Origin: a virus
Taxonomy: Duplodnaviria; Heunggongvirae; Uroviricota; Caudoviricetes
Reading direction: 5' to 3' (one strand)
Virus record (IMG/VR): IMGVR_UViG_2690316241_000022
DNA: 9,878 nt
Shown here: positions 7,767 through 9,878 of the stretch, one piece after another
How positions within the stretch are numbered: position 1 is the first letter of the stretch
How the letters are laid out: every line of letters starts with the position of its first letter
Translations under genes and position numbers: made by a program
The notes under the pieces: model-generated
What the model was told of the DNA's origin: nothing
Seen by the model: the letters and a program-made list of their open reading frames with translations, nothing else
Databases searched by the model: none

Positions 7767-8360
7767 CTATTTGTCCCGGTTGGCTAAGGGATGACACAAT
7801 TTATTCTTTGTCGCTGATGAGGGAAATTTTTTATAGAGCGTGGACAGACCAATATCAAAAATCAGTGCCACGCGTTGACGTGACTCCCCTGCAGCCAGCA
7901 ACCGTCCGGCCTGCTCCCACTCACTCGTGGTGAGTTTCGGTCGTCTGCCACCAATACGACCTTTGGCTCTGGCCGCTTCCAGTCCGGCGCGTGTCCGCTC
8001 GACAATGAGTTCTCGCTCCATTTCAGCCAGAGCACCCATCACATGAAAGAAAAAACGCCCCATCGGCGTGCTGGTATCAATAGCATCCGTCAGGCTGCGA
8101 AAATTAACGCCGCGTTCGCGCAGTTCCTCAACCAGAATGACCAGATGCCGCATACTACGCCCCAGCCTGTCCAGCTTCCAGACAACCAGAGTGTCACCTT
8201 CCGATAATGTTCTGAGCAGTTTTTTCAGCCCCGGTCTGTCGGACTTCGTGCCGCTGATTTTGTCCTCAAAAATCAGCTCACATCCTGCACACTCCAGTGC
8301 GTTACGCTGCAATTCCGTGTTCTGGTCATTTGTTGATACGCGGACATAGCCAATAAGCAT
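7767..8360 (-). CDS. Serine DNA invertase, Gin/Pin/Cin/Hin family (copy 2), 197 aa
   Basis: Protein identical to the copy at 6663-7256; same flanking sequence. Confidence 0.93.
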   Translation of the reverse strand: MLIGYVRVSTNDQNTELQRNALECAGCELIFEDKISGTKSDRPGLKKLLRTLSEGDTLVVWKLDRLGRSMRHLVILVEELRERGVNFRSLTDAIDTSTPMGRFFFHVMGALAEMERELIVERTRAGLEAARAKGRIGGRRPKLTTSEWEQAGRLLAAGESRQRVALIFDIGLSTLYKKFPSSATKNKLCHPLANRDK

Positions 8361-8387
8361 GACGGATCCCCTGAATAAAAACCGGAG

Positions 8388-8885
8388 ATGATGCCAGTTA
8401 GCCGCTATCTCTGCATTTTCTTAAACGTTGGTTTGGGAGAAGGTGCCCCAGCTATTGGCGTTCCGTTCTTCTGGCCCTCCGCGGCAATGCCAAATACTGT
8501 AATCGACAGCTGGTCCGGTATGGTGTTTTTGAAGTTCAACGGGGCGAAATTTTCTGCCTCTGATTACCCTGTGCTGGCGAAAGTGTTTCCTTCGCTGGTA
8601 TTACCTGAAGCCCGCGGTGATTTCATTCGTATCTGGGATGACGGGCGAGGTGCAGATGGTGGTCGCGAATTATTAAGCTGGCAGGAAGCTACAAACTTTT
8701 CTCAGTTTGCCGGGAATATAGGCGGAGGTGCGGGACACGCAATTAACTTTCATGATGGCATCACCGGAAATCAGCCAGGATTTTCACGATTTAATTTCAC
8801 CAGTAACTCTGCGGGTGATGGTGTGAATTTTGTTGCTGTCAGACCGCGAAATATTGCATTTAACTTTCTGGTGAGGGCTAAATAA
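8388..8885 (+). CDS. Promoterless tail-fibre C-terminal cassette (cassette prime) with a phage tail-collar-like domain
   Basis: After the crossover site the ORF encodes ..FNGAKFSASDYPVLAKVFPSLVLPEARGDFIRIWDDGRGADGGRELLSWQEATN.., resembling the phage tail collar motif (LPDxRGRFxRGxDxGRGxDxGR) of fibre receptor-binding regions. Stop overlaps the start of the downstream tfa gene (TAATG). Confidence 0.65.
   Translation: MMPVSRYLCIFLNVGLGEGAPAIGVPFFWPSAAMPNTVIDSWSGMVFLKFNGAKFSASDYPVLAKVFPSLVLPEARGDFIRIWDDGRGADGGRELLSWQEATNFSQFAGNIGGGAGHAINFHDGITGNQPGFSRFNFTSNSAGDGVNFVAVRPRNIAFNFLVRAK
8416..8441. promoter_or_regulatory. gix/hix-like crossover site (copy 2): TTTTCTTAAACG-TT-GGTTTGGGAGAA
   Basis: Same as the site at 7312-7337 except T to G at 8435 in the inner (segment-side) half-site. 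Confidence 0.55.
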
Positions 8886-9478
8886 TGAAACCTGTTTTTG
8901 ATGAAAATGGGCTGGCCACAGTGCCGGGCGATATGCGTTGTTTTTATTATGATGCTGAAACATCTGAGTATACGGGCTGGTCTGATGAATATATTAATAC
9001 TGGCGTAAGTATGCCCGCCTGTTCCACTGGAATTGACCCTGGCGAAAACATTCTGGGAAGAGTGGCAGTATTTACAGGTAAGGGATGGAGCCATGAAGAA
9101 GATCATCGCAATGAGACTGTTTACTCAATCGAAAATGGTGCTGCTGTTACAGTGGATTATATCGGTGCCATCAAAAACGGTTATGTCACGCTTTCACCGT
9201 TAACGCCATATGATAAATGGGATGGTGAGAAATGGGTGACAGATACTGAGGCACAACACGGTGCCGCAGTAGAAGCGGCAGAAGCACAGCGCCAGTCACT
9301 GATTGATGCTGCAATGGCTTCCATCAGTCTGATTCAGCTGAAATTACAGGCCGGACGGAAACTGACTCAGGCAGAAACAACCCGACTTAACGCCGTGCTG
9401 GATTACATTGACGCGGTGACGGCAACAGATACCAGCACCGCGCCGGATGTCATCTGGCCTGAACTGCCGGAGGCGTAG
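8885..9478 (+). CDS. Tail-fibre assembly chaperone (Tfa; P2 G / Mu U-like), partner of cassette prime, 197 aa
   Basis: Translationally coupled immediately after the fibre cassette, the standard fibre-tfa arrangement. AT-rich. Convergent with, and overlapping by 29 bp, the tfa gene at 9450-9878. Confidence 0.75.
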   Translation: MKPVFDENGLATVPGDMRCFYYDAETSEYTGWSDEYINTGVSMPACSTGIDPGENILGRVAVFTGKGWSHEEDHRNETVYSIENGAAVTVDYIGAIKNGYVTLSPLTPYDKWDGEKWVTDTEAQHGAAVEAAEAQRQSLIDAAMASISLIQLKLQAGRKLTQAETTRLNAVLDYIDAVTATDTSTAPDVIWPELPEA

Positions 9479-9878
9479 GCCATTCAATATCGGGTGCTGT
9501 TGACGTATCAACACGCATCAGCAGCACACGGTATTTCTTCCATTGGGTGAGAGTTGTAGCTTCTTCATCAGTTGCGATATCAGCATCAACAGCATCCTGA
9601 CGCCAGGATATTTCACTGTCAGCTTTTTCCCGTAATTGGGATTTTTTAACTTCAGCAATAGCTATTAATTCCTTTTTGGTCGGCTGAGGAATATCTATCA
9701 GTGCTGGTTTTCCATTCAGTGTTCCAATCTGTTTTCCTGGTGGAATATCCATAAATAACTTTTTATGTTCTTCCTCACTGACTATTACACCATCATCAGG
9801 CCACAGGCCTGATGCCTCAAATTTTTCTTTCTCCGATATGGGGAAAAAGCCATTTGCTTTAGCGCTCCATACGTACAT
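9450..9878 (-). CDS. Tail-fibre assembly chaperone (Tfa), 142 aa, on the tail-operon strand; start codon is at the window edge
   Basis: Starts MYVWSAKANGFF at 9878, so its RBS and upstream partner fibre gene are outside the window. C-terminus VDTSTAPDIEWPTPP resembles the C-terminus of the other tfa (TDTSTAPDVIWPELP). It is on the same strand as FI..ogr, so it is presumably the currently expressed tfa. Confidence 0.75.
   Translation of the reverse strand: MYVWSAKANGFFPISEKEKFEASGLWPDDGVIVSEEEHKKLFMDIPPGKQIGTLNGKPALIDIPQPTKKELIAIAEVKKSQLREKADSEISWRQDAVDADIATDEEATTLTQWKKYRVLLMRVDTSTAPDIEWPTPPAVQAR

Larger units (their letters stand above)
7643..8446. repeat. Copy 2 of the 804-bp direct repeat
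   Basis: See copy 1; single mismatch at 8435. Confidence 0.95.

Noticed and set aside
6644-8349. Duplicated plus-strand ORFs 6644-6829 / 7748-7933 (61 aa) and 6964-7245 / 8068-8349 (93 aa)
   Set aside because: Antisense to the invertase gene in both repeat copies; useful only as evidence that the two copies are identical in several frames.
6539-8446. Whether the direct repeat is a CRISPR array or an IS element / transposon
   Set aside because: Only two long (804 bp) copies with no short repeat-spacer periodicity; no transposase, terminal inverted repeats or target-site duplication. The only recombinase is an invertase-family enzyme, whose HTH is not a transposase.
8771-9106. 111-aa minus-strand ORF overlapping the cassette prime / tfa junction
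   Set aside because: Antisense to two coupled, well-supported plus-strand genes.

Overview
This window is the distal end of the tail-morphogenesis module of a P2-like (Peduovirus-type) enterobacterial prophage, read on the minus strand, followed by an invertase-controlled tail-fibre switching region. Genes ogr, D, U, T, E/E+E' (with -1 frameshift), FII and FI are all on the minus strand, tightly packed, with protein lengths matching P2 (72, 387, 159, 815, 91/142, 172, 396 aa); these identifications rest on my recollection of the P2 proteins, not on a search. Upstream of FI, where P2 itself carries the nonessential fun(Z) gene, lies a Gin/Pin/Cin/Hin-family serine invertase with a gix/hix-like crossover site, two different promoterless fibre C-terminal cassettes and two convergent tail-fibre assembly genes. 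The most unusual feature is an 804-bp block (first 65 bp of FI, its upstream region, the whole invertase and the crossover site) present twice, 1104 bp apart, with one mismatch that falls inside the crossover site. The copies are separated by one fibre cassette plus a 22-nt stub of a tfa gene joined abruptly to FI codon 22. This is either a real tandem duplication (two invertase genes, two directly repeated sites, a second FI promoter copy aimed at invertase copy 1) or an assembly chimera of two inversion isomers; the window alone cannot decide. The window ends inside the invertible region, so the expressed fibre gene and distal site are not visible.
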